From Candidatus Latescibacterota bacterium (GTDB lineage Bacteria; Latescibacterota; UBA2968; SICM01), in the NCBI GenBank assembly GCA_965217865.1, contig CBDCJO010000001.1:1-64000 (forward strand): 64,000 bases of DNA, in the 5' to 3' direction. A model generated the notes under the pieces. The model had not been told where the DNA came from, ran no database searches, and saw nothing but the letters and a program-made list of their open reading frames with translations. Positions 39,216-48,663 of this stretch are shown here, piece after piece (position 1 is the first letter of the stretch; each line of letters begins with the position of its first letter). The position numbers were made by a program, and so were the translations under genes.

Positions 39216-40253
39216 TCACGGCCATATGGCGAGAACTGCGCCGGTAATCAAGATATTGAGGAATGCAAGCTCGATCAGAACCTTCCAGCCCAGGCTCATC
39301 AGCTGGTCGTACCGGAATCGCGGCAGCGTCCACCGGACCCAGATGAACAGGAAAAGGAATACAGACGTTTTGGCCATAAAGACCGCAATCTTCAAAAGGC
39401 TGTAACCCAGGGAGGTCGCTCCTTCGGGTATCAGCCACGGCAAGTGCCATCCTCCGAAAAAGAGGGTAACGATAACCGCCGAAGAGACGATCATGTTCGC
39501 ATATTCCGCCATGAAAAACATGGCGAACTTGATGCTGCTGTACTCCGCGTGATATCCTGCGACAAGCTCCTGTTCGCATTCCGGAAGGTCGAAGGGAAGG
39601 CGATTCGTCTCGGCATACGCCGCGATGATAAACAAAAGGCAACCCAGCGGTTGGGTCAAAACATTCCACCTTGGAATCACCCCCCAGAGCATCTGGGTCT
39701 GACCCGCAACCAGCTCATTCAGCCGAAGGGATCCATCGATCATCAATACCCCGATGATGGACAATCCAAGTGTTAATTCATAGCTGATCATCTGGGAAGA
39801 TGCCCGGAGCCCCCCCAGGAGTGAATACTTGTTGTTCGATGCCCACCCCCCGAGGACGATTCCGTAGACTCCCAGAGAGGTCAGCGCCAGGATGTAGAGA
39901 ATACCGATGTTGAGGTCGGCGATCTGAAGCCGGACATCACGGCCGAATAAGGGAATCGTATCCCCGAAAGGAACCACAGCGAAGGTCATAAAGGCCGGCA
40001 CAAGAATCATGACCGGGGCCATAAGGTAAACCACTTTATTCACGTGCTGCGGGATGATATCCTCCTTAAACATGAATTTGATCCCATCCGCAATCGGCTG
40101 GAGCAGGCCCCACAGCCCAACCCGGTTGGGGCCGTAACGGTGCTGGATGAACCCGCTCACCTTCCGCTCGGCCAGAATCATATAAGCCACGGTCCCCAGG
40201 AGAACACCAAAAACCACGAGGATCTTGACGAGTATTTCAATTAGATCTATCAT
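39216..40253 (-). CDS. nuoH: NADH-quinone oxidoreductase subunit H
   Basis: ERKV..GPNRVG..QPIADG, ETNRLPFDLPE, RWTLPRFRYDQLM. Confidence 0.97.
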   Translation of the reverse strand: MIDLIEILVKILVVFGVLLGTVAYMILAERKVSGFIQHRYGPNRVGLWGLLQPIADGIKFMFKEDIIPQHVNKVVYLMAPVMILVPAFMTFAVVPFGDTIPLFGRDVRLQIADLNIGILYILALTSLGVYGIVLGGWASNNKYSLLGGLRASSQMISYELTLGLSIIGVLMIDGSLRLNELVAGQTQMLWGVIPRWNVLTQPLGCLLFIIAAYAETNRLPFDLPECEQELVAGYHAEYSSIKFAMFFMAEYANMIVSSAVIVTLFFGGWHLPWLIPEGATSLGYSLLKIAVFMAKTSVFLFLFIWVRWTLPRFRYDQLMSLGWKVLIELAFLNILITGAVLAIWP

Positions 40254-40275
40254 AAAAAGAAATAGCGATTCAAGT

Positions 40276-40390
40276 TGCCTTTGCTTTTTTCTGCCACTGC
40301 TACTGCTACTGGTTCAGTTGAATCGTCGATCTTACATCTCACGTTTCACGTCTCACCTTTGATGGCCTTTCAATCTTCATTCTTCAATTT
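40276..40390. repeat. GCCACT/GCTACT module with TTTCACG and TTCAATC arms
   Basis: TGCCTTTGCTTTTTTCTGCCACTGCTACTGCTACTGGTTCAGTTGAATC is near-identical to 259-313. Confidence 0.85.
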
Positions 40391-41986
40391 CCTTCCGTGC
40401 TCTCCAAGCGATTCATAGGTCATCCCTGAATATCCTGGCACCTTTTGTGAGATCTCTTCCATCACCTCACGGACAGACAAATAGTCCAGGCCCACCCCCA
40501 TCGCCAAGGCCACCTCCCGAATCGCCTCCCAATCCGGCTTCGCCTCTCCCGGGGGAGGCAGTGCCCGTTTGAATCTTTGGACATGTCCGCCTTCGTTGGT
40601 GAACGTTCCTTCTTTCTCCGCGAAGGCGGTCCCCGGCAGCACCATATGGGCGACCGAAACCAGGTCGGAGGTCAGAATGTCCTGGACCAGCAAGAAATCC
40701 AGCTTTGAAAACGCCGACCGCTCCGGTTCCGTCAGCTTTTCCAAGGGGTCGCCCCCCAGAAGATAGAGGGCCTTGACCCGCCCTCCCTCGATCAACTCAA
40801 GAAGGTCCGGCATCTCCGTTATCCGCAACCCAAGTCCCCTGGCCATATCCTTTGCACCCCGGCTGTTCGGCGATTTGTCGGCCCGGATCGTAAACCCGCT
40901 CTTGAATATTACATCCCCTTCGGCGTTCAATTTTGGCCGAATCCCAACCGTGTCCGAACCGAAAACCTCCTTCATCAACTTGCAGAACAGGTAGTTCTCC
41001 TCGTTCGACAAATGGGCTGACATGATCCCTGCGACTGCGCCATCGGCCTTCGCCTTTTCGAAATGCTTCCGGGCTTCCTCCAGGCCTTCCGCCCACGACA
41101 CGCCGTGCCAATCGTTTCCCTCCCTGCGCGTCGGGACTGTCAACCGGTTGTCGGCGTGAACATAACCCCATCCATACCTTCCATCGTCGCACATCCAGAA
41201 TTGATTCACCTCGGGATTCTCACGCGGCTTCAAACGGCAGACCCGGTTGTTGTTCCGGTTGATGTCGATCCTGATGTTACAGCCCGCGCTGCATCCCGGA
41301 CATATGGAATCCTCGTGGTCAAGGAACCAGACCCGCTGTTTAAAAAGGAACGCCTTGTCCAAAAGGGCCCCCACCGGGCAGATATCGACTGTATTTCCGG
41401 ATAGCCGGTTATCAAGAGGAAAACCTGGGAAGATGTCTATTTCATTGTATACGCCCCTGTAGAAATAGCCCAATTCGCTCGTCCCGCTGACCTCATCACA
41501 GAAACGGGTACACCGGGTACAACGAATGCATCGGTCGGAATAGAGCATGATGTGCTTTCCGATGTCTTTCTTAGGCTGGACGAGCCTCGTCTCCAAAAAT
41601 CGACTATCCCCCGCGCCGTGGTCGTAGCTGTAGTCCTGCAGGTCGCATTCCCCGGCCTGATCACAAACCGGACAGTCCAACGGATGATTAATCAGGAGAA
41701 ACTCCATCACCGCTTTCTGAGTCTCCTTGACCAAAGGAGACTGCGTATCCACGACCATACCTTCGGCCGGCCGCGTCGTGCAGGCGGTCAAAAGGGATTT
41801 CCGCCGACCTCCGGGGGTATCGGCCTCGACCTCTACCATACACATCCTGCAGTTCCCCGGGACGCTCAACCCGGGGTGATAACAGTAGTGGGGGATACGA
41901 ATCCCGTTCTTCGACCCGTGCTGTATAAGATTCCCCAGCTCAGGTTGAATCTCGATTTCATTCCCGTCAATCGTAAAATTTGCCAT
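40370..41986 (-). CDS. nuoG: NADH-quinone oxidoreductase subunit G (short form)
   Basis: PHYCYH..CRMC, NHPLDCPVCDQAGECDLQ, RCIRCTRC..CPVGAL, CPGCSAGC. Confidence 0.93.
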   Translation of the reverse strand: MANFTIDGNEIEIQPELGNLIQHGSKNGIRIPHYCYHPGLSVPGNCRMCMVEVEADTPGGRRKSLLTACTTRPAEGMVVDTQSPLVKETQKAVMEFLLINHPLDCPVCDQAGECDLQDYSYDHGAGDSRFLETRLVQPKKDIGKHIMLYSDRCIRCTRCTRFCDEVSGTSELGYFYRGVYNEIDIFPGFPLDNRLSGNTVDICPVGALLDKAFLFKQRVWFLDHEDSICPGCSAGCNIRIDINRNNNRVCRLKPRENPEVNQFWMCDDGRYGWGYVHADNRLTVPTRREGNDWHGVSWAEGLEEARKHFEKAKADGAVAGIMSAHLSNEENYLFCKLMKEVFGSDTVGIRPKLNAEGDVIFKSGFTIRADKSPNSRGAKDMARGLGLRITEMPDLLELIEGGRVKALYLLGGDPLEKLTEPERSAFSKLDFLLVQDILTSDLVSVAHMVLPGTAFAEKEGTFTNEGGHVQRFKRALPPPGEAKPDWEAIREVALAMGVGLDYLSVREVMEEISQKVPGYSGMTYESLGEHGRKLKNED

Positions 41987-41995
41987 AGGATTAAA

Positions 41996-42150
41996 TCATT
42001 GAATATCGAGGAATTGAATATTACCTTTTTATGCCTTATTTATCTTCAATTCCACTCAATCTTCAATGCCTTTTTCAATCTAAAATATCTCTTCAATCTC
42101 AATTTTCTATTTCAAATTATCTTCAATCTTCAATGCCCTTCATATCTTCA
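41996..42150. repeat. Intergenic composite repeat, copy 6
   Basis: TCATTGAATATCGAGGAATTGAATATT followed by many TCTTCAAT units. Confidence 0.8.
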
Positions 42151-43473
42151 ATCCTTAATGGCTTTGTCCTTATGAATTGGACACCGCCCCTGCCGGATAT
42201 GCTCTTCGAACTCCTCCCGGAAGGCAAGGATCGTTCCCTGGGTTGGATATGAGAATGCCGGCCCAAAAAGGCAGATCGTGGAATACCTCGGGCTCAACAG
42301 TCCCGCGACATTATCCGCCACGTTCAACAGCATATCCAAATCCCCGGGTTTTCCGTGTCCCTGTTCTATTCGCTTCAATACATCCCGGATCCAGGGGGCC
42401 CCCTCTCGACAGGGTGTACACTGCCCGCACGATTCGTGAGCGAAGAACTGCATCAGATTGAGCAGCATGTCCACCATACACGTCGTGTCATCCATCACGA
42501 TTATTCCCCCTGTCCCGAACATCCCCTTAAACTCACCCTTGCCTGGCAGAAGCCACGCGTCGGGGCTCATGACGACATCGATTTGGTCAGGCGTAATCGG
42601 AAGGGTAGAGGCCCCACCCGGAATAACCGCCTTCAAAGTATGGCCGTCCCGGACCCCGCCGGCATAGTCTTCGATGATCTCCCGCATGGTCGTCGCCCCG
42701 AGTTCCAACTCGAACAAACCGGGGTTTTTTACTTGACCGCTCACGCAGAAGATGAAAGTACCCGGATACTTCGGGTTGCCGACCCCCTTGAACCATAAGG
42801 CGCCTTGCTTAATGATGTGGGGGATATAACTGAGTGTCTGAACATTGTTGACCGTCGTCGGGGATTCGAAAATCCCTCTTTGCGCGGGAAAAGGAGGCTT
42901 TACACGGGGTTCCGCCCTTTTTCCCTCCAACGACTGCATCAGACCTGTCTCCTCCCCGCAGATATAAGCCCCCGCGCCAGGGTGCGTGTAGATGTCCAGG
43001 TCGTAGCCCTTGCCGAATATGTCCTTTCCGATATACCCTTTCCCGTAAGCCTCTGCGATGGCCCGGTCCAGCCCCCGCATCCCCTGGGCCATCTCCCCCC
43101 GCACGTAGATGTAGGCCGCCCGGGCACGGATCGCGTACGATGCGATAATCGTCCCTTCGATCAGTTGGTGGGGGTCTCGCTCGATCAGCACCCGGTCCTT
43201 GAACGTACCCGGTTCACTCTCGTCGGCGTTCACGCAGAGATAGGAGGGAACCTTGGGCTCCTTTGGCATAAAACTCCATTTCAAGCCCGTGGGAAACCAC
43301 GCCCCTCCCCTCCCGTTCATCCCGGAATCCTGAACCTCCTTGACGACCTCGTCCGGAGTCATCGTCTTGAGGGCCTTTTCTGCCCCCTGATAACCTCCGA
43401 GACTGATATAGGTATCGATATCCTGAATGTTCGGGACCTCGATATTTTTCAATATGATCCGATTTTCCGGCAA
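42148..43473 (-). CDS. nuoF: NADH-quinone oxidoreductase subunit F
   Basis: GRGGAWFPTGLKW, NADESEPGTFKDR, GAGAYICGEET, ESCGQCTPCREG. Confidence 0.97.
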   Translation of the reverse strand: MPENRIILKNIEVPNIQDIDTYISLGGYQGAEKALKTMTPDEVVKEVQDSGMNGRGGAWFPTGLKWSFMPKEPKVPSYLCVNADESEPGTFKDRVLIERDPHQLIEGTIIASYAIRARAAYIYVRGEMAQGMRGLDRAIAEAYGKGYIGKDIFGKGYDLDIYTHPGAGAYICGEETGLMQSLEGKRAEPRVKPPFPAQRGIFESPTTVNNVQTLSYIPHIIKQGALWFKGVGNPKYPGTFIFCVSGQVKNPGLFELELGATTMREIIEDYAGGVRDGHTLKAVIPGGASTLPITPDQIDVVMSPDAWLLPGKGEFKGMFGTGGIIVMDDTTCMVDMLLNLMQFFAHESCGQCTPCREGAPWIRDVLKRIEQGHGKPGDLDMLLNVADNVAGLLSPRYSTICLFGPAFSYPTQGTILAFREEFEEHIRQGRCPIHKDKAIKD

Positions 43474-43565
43474 AGCGCTGCTCCCGGAGTCGGCCTCACT
43501 TGAGGACCAACCTCCGTTATGTGGCTTGTAAGCTTTGACTCGTGATCCGCGACTTGTGACTTATT

Positions 43566-44063
43566 TTATATCTTCTGTTTGTTGACATAGGCCTCCGGAT
43601 CCGTAAGGATGCCGTCCAGTTTGGCCCGGGTGATACGGTGAATGAGGGTTTCGTTCAACATGATCACGGGCGCGGTTCCGCAGGACGCGACACATTCGGA
43701 CTTCAGAATCGTGAACTGCCCGTCCTGCGTGGTCTCACCCACACTCACACGCAGCTTTTCTTTAAGCAGATCGACGATGCTTTCCGCCCCGAGCAGGGCG
43801 CACGACAGGGTGGCGCAGACGTGGATGAGATACCGCCCCACCGGTTTAAAATGATACATTGGGTAGAAAGTCGCGACACCTGCCACCCAAGATGGTGGCA
43901 GTTCCAGGAGACTCGCAACGTACTGGATGACATCCAGGGAAAGATATCCGAATTCGCGTTGGGCAAGGTGAAGGGCGGGCAACATCGCAGGTTGCTTGTA
44001 TGGATAATGGGTCAGGAGTTGATCGAACTCCTTCTGGGCCTCTTGGGAAAACTGAACGGACAT
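43566..44063 (-). CDS. nuoE: NADH-quinone oxidoreductase subunit E
   Basis: LHLAQREFG, VATFYPM, CATLSC..ECVASC. Confidence 0.93.
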   Translation of the reverse strand: MSVQFSQEAQKEFDQLLTHYPYKQPAMLPALHLAQREFGYLSLDVIQYVASLLELPPSWVAGVATFYPMYHFKPVGRYLIHVCATLSCALLGAESIVDLLKEKLRVSVGETTQDGQFTILKSECVASCGTAPVIMLNETLIHRITRAKLDGILTDPEAYVNKQKI

Positions 44064-44218
44064 CTTTATTACCTTTTCCCCTATCCACACCGGAATTCAG
44101 AATACGGGAGCCAGAATACAAGAGAAGAGCAATCCATCAGCCCTCCACACCCAAATCCAATCCTGCATTTGGCTTTCATTCTGAATTCAGTCTTCTGACT
44201 TCTGTATTCTGCTTTTCA

Positions 44219-46027
44219 TTACCGATCCAACTCCCCTGCGATCACATTGATGCTTCCCAGTATAGCCACCAGATCCGACAACATATGGCCTTTCACCATC
44301 TCGGGAAACGCCTGATAATTCATGAAGCAGGGCGGCCGCACGCGCAGCCGCCACGCCCGGTCGCTTCCGTCGCTCACGATAAACCACCCCAGTTCCCCAT
44401 TGGGGGACTCTGTGTAGGAATATATCTCCCCAGGGGGAAGTTGGATTCCATGTCCGTCCATGATGATCTTGAAATGGTGAATAAGCGACTCCATTTTCGT
44501 ATAGGTTTCAGCCTTCTCGGGAAGGATCAGCTTCGGGTCATCCACTTTCACAGAACCTTCGGGAAGGTTGCGGACCGCCTGGTCTACGATCTTGATGCTC
44601 TGAAGCATTTCTTCCATTCGAACCAGGTAACGGTCGTAGACGTCCCCCCTTGACCCAACCGGGATGTCGAAATCAAAGTCCTCATAACACGAATAGGGTT
44701 CCGCCTTTCGGATATCCCGTTCCACGCCCGACCCGCGAAGGCAGGGGCCGGTGAAACTCCACGCGATGGCATCCTCGGCCGAGACCACACCGATCCCCTT
44801 GGTCCGGTCGATCCAGATCCTGTTCCGCGTCAAAAGGGTGTCTATGTCTTCAAACGCCTTCGGAAACTGTGCCGTAAAGTCCGTCACAATCTTCACGAAG
44901 TCGGTAGGAACATCGTGCATCACACCCCCGACCCTTGTATAACTGGTCGTCAGCCTGGCGCCGGTGACTGCCTCGAAGATGTTATAAAGCCTTTCCCGCT
45001 GCTCGAAACCGTAAAGGAAGACGGTAAAAGCACCGATATCCAGAGCGTGCGTCCCCAACCATACCAGGTGGTCGGCGATGCGCGAAAGTTCACAAAGGAT
45101 GACACGGATGTATTCCGCCCGCTCTGGAACTTCGATGCCGAGTAATTTTTCCACCGCCATTGAATACCCTACATTATTTGCCAGGGGGGATAGATAGTTC
45201 ATCCTGTCCGTAACAACCACGTACTGGTTGTAGTTCATGTTCTCGCCGAGTTTCTCGAACCCCGTGTGGAGATAGCCGATGTCGGGGACGCAGTTCGCGA
45301 TCCGTTCACCTTCCATTTCCAGTACAAGGCGTAGCGTCCCGTGCGTGGCCGGATGCTGCGGGCCAAGATTTAGGGTCATGCGTTCCGAATCGAGCGAATC
45401 GGCCGGTTTCGCCGTGTCATTTTTCGGTGCTGTTTTGATCTGGAAGACGTCTTCGATATTCACGAATCCGGGATCCTCCCGGGCAATCACATCCCGCTCA
45501 CCTTTCCCTTTAAGCGGGTAATCCTTTCGGAGTGGATAGTCCTCGAAATCCACGGGCATCAGGATACGACGAAGATCTGGATGTCCCTCGAACCGAATGC
45601 CGAACATGTCATACGCCTCTCGCTCGGGCCAGAGCGCTCCTTTCCACACCGGGACGGCCGAGGGGATTGATGCCTCGAACTCCTCCACAAGGGCCTTCAC
45701 AAGCACTCGCCCCCGATGTTCCGTCCCCTGATATGAGCAAAGGCAGTATACAACCCCATAACGGGTCGGGGCGTCGGTCGGGGTGTAATCCCGATAATCC
45801 ACGGCTGTCACATCCACAAGGAAATTAAACCGCAGAGAAGGATCATCCCGTAAAAAGGTTAGGATCTCCGTGATCCGCCCCTTTTTGACCGTGATTATCC
45901 AGTCGTCGCGAAATTCGCGGGCATCGACGATTTCTTTCGGAAACCGCTCGCGGACCTTCTCTACGGTCGTCTCCCCGAACGCCCGAACCTGTAAAGCTTC
46001 TTCCTTTGTTTTCATCTCTTTAGCCAT
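44219..46027 (-). CDS. nuoCD: NADH-quinone oxidoreductase fused subunit C/D
   Basis: EREAYDMFGIRFEGHPDLRRIL..PLRKDYPL (C) plus NLGPQHPATHGTLR..GELDR (D). Confidence 0.97.
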   Translation of the reverse strand: MAKEMKTKEEALQVRAFGETTVEKVRERFPKEIVDAREFRDDWIITVKKGRITEILTFLRDDPSLRFNFLVDVTAVDYRDYTPTDAPTRYGVVYCLCSYQGTEHRGRVLVKALVEEFEASIPSAVPVWKGALWPEREAYDMFGIRFEGHPDLRRILMPVDFEDYPLRKDYPLKGKGERDVIAREDPGFVNIEDVFQIKTAPKNDTAKPADSLDSERMTLNLGPQHPATHGTLRLVLEMEGERIANCVPDIGYLHTGFEKLGENMNYNQYVVVTDRMNYLSPLANNVGYSMAVEKLLGIEVPERAEYIRVILCELSRIADHLVWLGTHALDIGAFTVFLYGFEQRERLYNIFEAVTGARLTTSYTRVGGVMHDVPTDFVKIVTDFTAQFPKAFEDIDTLLTRNRIWIDRTKGIGVVSAEDAIAWSFTGPCLRGSGVERDIRKAEPYSCYEDFDFDIPVGSRGDVYDRYLVRMEEMLQSIKIVDQAVRNLPEGSVKVDDPKLILPEKAETYTKMESLIHHFKIIMDGHGIQLPPGEIYSYTESPNGELGWFIVSDGSDRAWRLRVRPPCFMNYQAFPEMVKGHMLSDLVAILGSINVIAGELDR

Positions 46028-46051
46028 AACCCTACCTTAAATCTCGCGGAA

Positions 46052-46417
46052 CTAATCCCACTCAAGCCCCCCCCTGCGCCAAACGTATACAAACCCGATC
46101 AACAGCACCCCGATGAAGACGAACATCTCCCAGAAAATCAGGGAACCCTCCGAAAGCAAATCGCGAAATACCACGGCCCACGGGTACATAAAGACGACCT
46201 CGATGTCGAAGATGATGAAGATCATCGCGATCAGATAAAACTTGATCGAAAAACGAAATCGAGCATCGCCTAAAGGAGGTACTCCGGACTCGTATGGGGA
46301 GAGCTTGATGGGATTGGGACGCCGGGGGCCGAAAAGATGGGTGAGCAGGAGGTTTAACAGACCGAATCCGAGTGCGATGACCAGCAAGATGAGAATCGGA
46401 AGATACTCAGTGATCAT
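46052..46417 (-). CDS. nuoA: NADH-quinone oxidoreductase subunit A
   Basis: PYESG, FYLIAMIFIIFDIEVVFMYPW, GGLEWD. Confidence 0.97.
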   Translation of the reverse strand: MITEYLPILILLVIALGFGLLNLLLTHLFGPRRPNPIKLSPYESGVPPLGDARFRFSIKFYLIAMIFIIFDIEVVFMYPWAVVFRDLLSEGSLIFWEMFVFIGVLLIGFVYVWRRGGLEWD

Positions 46418-46542
46418 TCTGACTTTCGAGTCTGAAATGTGGATTGGTCTGAAAGCGATCCCGAAAATGATGGGCCTAAAGGAAGGTCACAAACAGGCCC
46501 TTATGGTCCCCCTTATCACCACGGTGGGTATATACAAATTTT

Positions 46543-46571
46543 AGTATATAATAACCTTTATGAAATGTCAA
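46543..46571 (-). promoter_or_regulatory. sigma70 promoter upstream of nuoA
   Basis: TTGACA-17 nt-TATACT on the minus strand. Confidence 0.75.
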
Positions 46572-46732
46572 GCCGTTTCTAACAGAAGCCCTCTTTTCTC
46601 GAGGGGCATGGACAAACTTGCGCTGAGATCCTGTGTTTTGGATCGTACCGCTGGAGGTATGCGCTGGAACGATATATAACCTTGCACTCAATTTAACTTC
46701 AGATATGATCTCCGTCGATAACCGGGATTAGC

Positions 46733-48001
46733 TTAACCTGCGCGAGACGCCCCTAAAAAAAGTGGTTTTATATGCCTCTCCAGGAGGTTTTCGGTCACGT
46801 TTTTTCCGATGATTTCCTTAAATTCTTGTAAGGATCCCAAAAATCGCTCTCCCATTTCCGCGGCTATTTTAAATCCTAAGTGCATCAGTTGCCTCAGGTT
46901 TCTATCGTAATGGGCATTTGAAGGTTCGTGTCTTAAGGCATCCGCAAACCGTTCAGGCGCCCAATCCTCCACTTCCCCGGGTTCGGATAAGGCCGTTCGC
47001 TCGATGTCGATCACCGCCCCGTATGGCCCGCACAACTCCTCGACCCGTTCATACGCGATTCGATAGATCTCCTTTACCGTCTCCAAACCCCGCCCCCCCG
47101 CTTCCGCAAGGCCGATGGCTTCCTCCAGCCAGGTCGTACCGGCCGTCTTTAAGTGAAGTCCTGCGTCAAATTCCACCAAGGCATCATAGATCGGCCCATA
47201 TATTGAAAATTTATCACTCCCGGTGTGAACGCTCAATTTGAGGTCCTTGGGAAGGCCAAACGCATTCACGGCATAGGCCACTGCCGAGAGATCTGCCCTG
47301 AACTCTCTTGAAAAGTTGTCGATATCCCCCACATAGTCCACCCCTTTATAGAAATTCCCGACGAATTTCGGAGCGATGGCTTGAACGGGGACCCCCAAAT
47401 CGGCCAGCTCAGCAAGGATCAGCAACAGTTCCTCTGCGGTTTGGGGCGTATCGGTCTCATCCATGGAAACTTCCGTGATGAAATTCCCCCGGCCTTTCGT
47501 TCCCTCGATAAGCCTGTATGTCTCAGCTGCCTGATCGATCGCTACGAGATATTTACCTCCAAAGTCCCTCAGGTCGCTTTCTGATAACTTCAAGGGCGTC
47601 TTCAATCCTTCCAGTTGGATCGATTCCTTTGTGAAGCCTTCGTGTTTCGAAATAGACGCTTTGATTCTATCCTGACTCGGGGACCGGCCGATCGCATCGG
47701 CGACATCCAGCGTAAAATAGTCCGCATAAGGGAGAAAAGGTCCGACGGTGTCCGGGTTGATGTGATCGGCATCCATAAAATAAGGGTCGGACCATCCGGT
47801 CTCTCTTACGGCCCGGTCCGCCTCTTCCCGGGTCGAAAGGGGGTCCGATCCGATGATCCGATGCTCCCGGTAGGATTTGTTCCAGACCGGACACACGGTA
47901 ATCCCGCTCGTTTTCTGAGCGGAGATGAAGGACGCTATCTGTGCGATTCCTTCCTGACCAAATCTGTCCCCAATTCCTAAGCTCAGTTTCGGAAGCACCA
48001 T
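46733..48001 (-). CDS. uxaE: Tagaturonate/fructuronate epimerase family (UxaE-like)
   Basis: SLGIGDRFG, DADH, EVSMDE, LSVHTGSDKFS, HLKTAGTTWLE, RQLMH. Confidence 0.8.
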   Translation of the reverse strand: MVLPKLSLGIGDRFGQEGIAQIASFISAQKTSGITVCPVWNKSYREHRIIGSDPLSTREEADRAVRETGWSDPYFMDADHINPDTVGPFLPYADYFTLDVADAIGRSPSQDRIKASISKHEGFTKESIQLEGLKTPLKLSESDLRDFGGKYLVAIDQAAETYRLIEGTKGRGNFITEVSMDETDTPQTAEELLLILAELADLGVPVQAIAPKFVGNFYKGVDYVGDIDNFSREFRADLSAVAYAVNAFGLPKDLKLSVHTGSDKFSIYGPIYDALVEFDAGLHLKTAGTTWLEEAIGLAEAGGRGLETVKEIYRIAYERVEELCGPYGAVIDIERTALSEPGEVEDWAPERFADALRHEPSNAHYDRNLRQLMHLGFKIAAEMGERFLGSLQEFKEIIGKNVTENLLERHIKPLFLGASRAG

Positions 48002-48078
48002 AGGGATTTCTCCTCTACATCAAATTCGCCCGGATACGGCGTTCCACCCCATTGGACCGGGAATTTCAGAAAAGTCCT

Positions 48079-48522
48079 TTATTCTTCCCAGGAGGCTCCC
48101 GAAACCTCGATATTACGGGTGTTCTCGCCGGAAACTCGGATCCGTACGCGGATCGTCTCTTCCGGAAGGAGGTGGTCTACGCGGTCTGCCCATTCGAGCA
48201 AGCAGACCTCGTTTCCGAAGATATAGTCCTCCCAACCGATGTTGTCAAGATCGCTGGGCTTCTCGACCCGAAAGAGATCGAGGTGATAAACCCGGGTGTT
48301 GGTTCCGTCGACCAGACGCCCGGAATATTCATTGGCGATCACAAAGGTGGGACTGTTTGGAAGTTCCAATACGCCGAGGCCTTTGCAAATCCCCTGGATC
48401 AAACATGTCTTTCCGGCACCCAGGTTTCCCGTACACGCGACGATGGACCCCTTGCAAAGTTTCGTGGCGAGACGGAGGCCGAAGGCCATGGTCTCCTCGG
48501 GGTTATCGGAGTTCAGGATCAT
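48079..48522 (-). CDS. tsaE: t6A biosynthesis ATPase TsaE
   Basis: GNLGAGKT, SPTF..Y, HLDLFR, EW. Confidence 0.93.
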   Translation of the reverse strand: MILNSDNPEETMAFGLRLATKLCKGSIVACTGNLGAGKTCLIQGICKGLGVLELPNSPTFVIANEYSGRLVDGTNTRVYHLDLFRVEKPSDLDNIGWEDYIFGNEVCLLEWADRVDHLLPEETIRVRIRVSGENTRNIEVSGASWEE

Positions 48523-48663
48523 GAGATCGGATACGGGCGGGATTAAACAGAAACGGAAAACGCTGCGTGATTTGAGAGGGGGATGAGAAAGCAGAGAGGG
48601 GGTGCTCGATGAAGACCCCTGTCTTGAGTCCGGTTGTGATTAGGTTATATTTGCCGTCATCGA

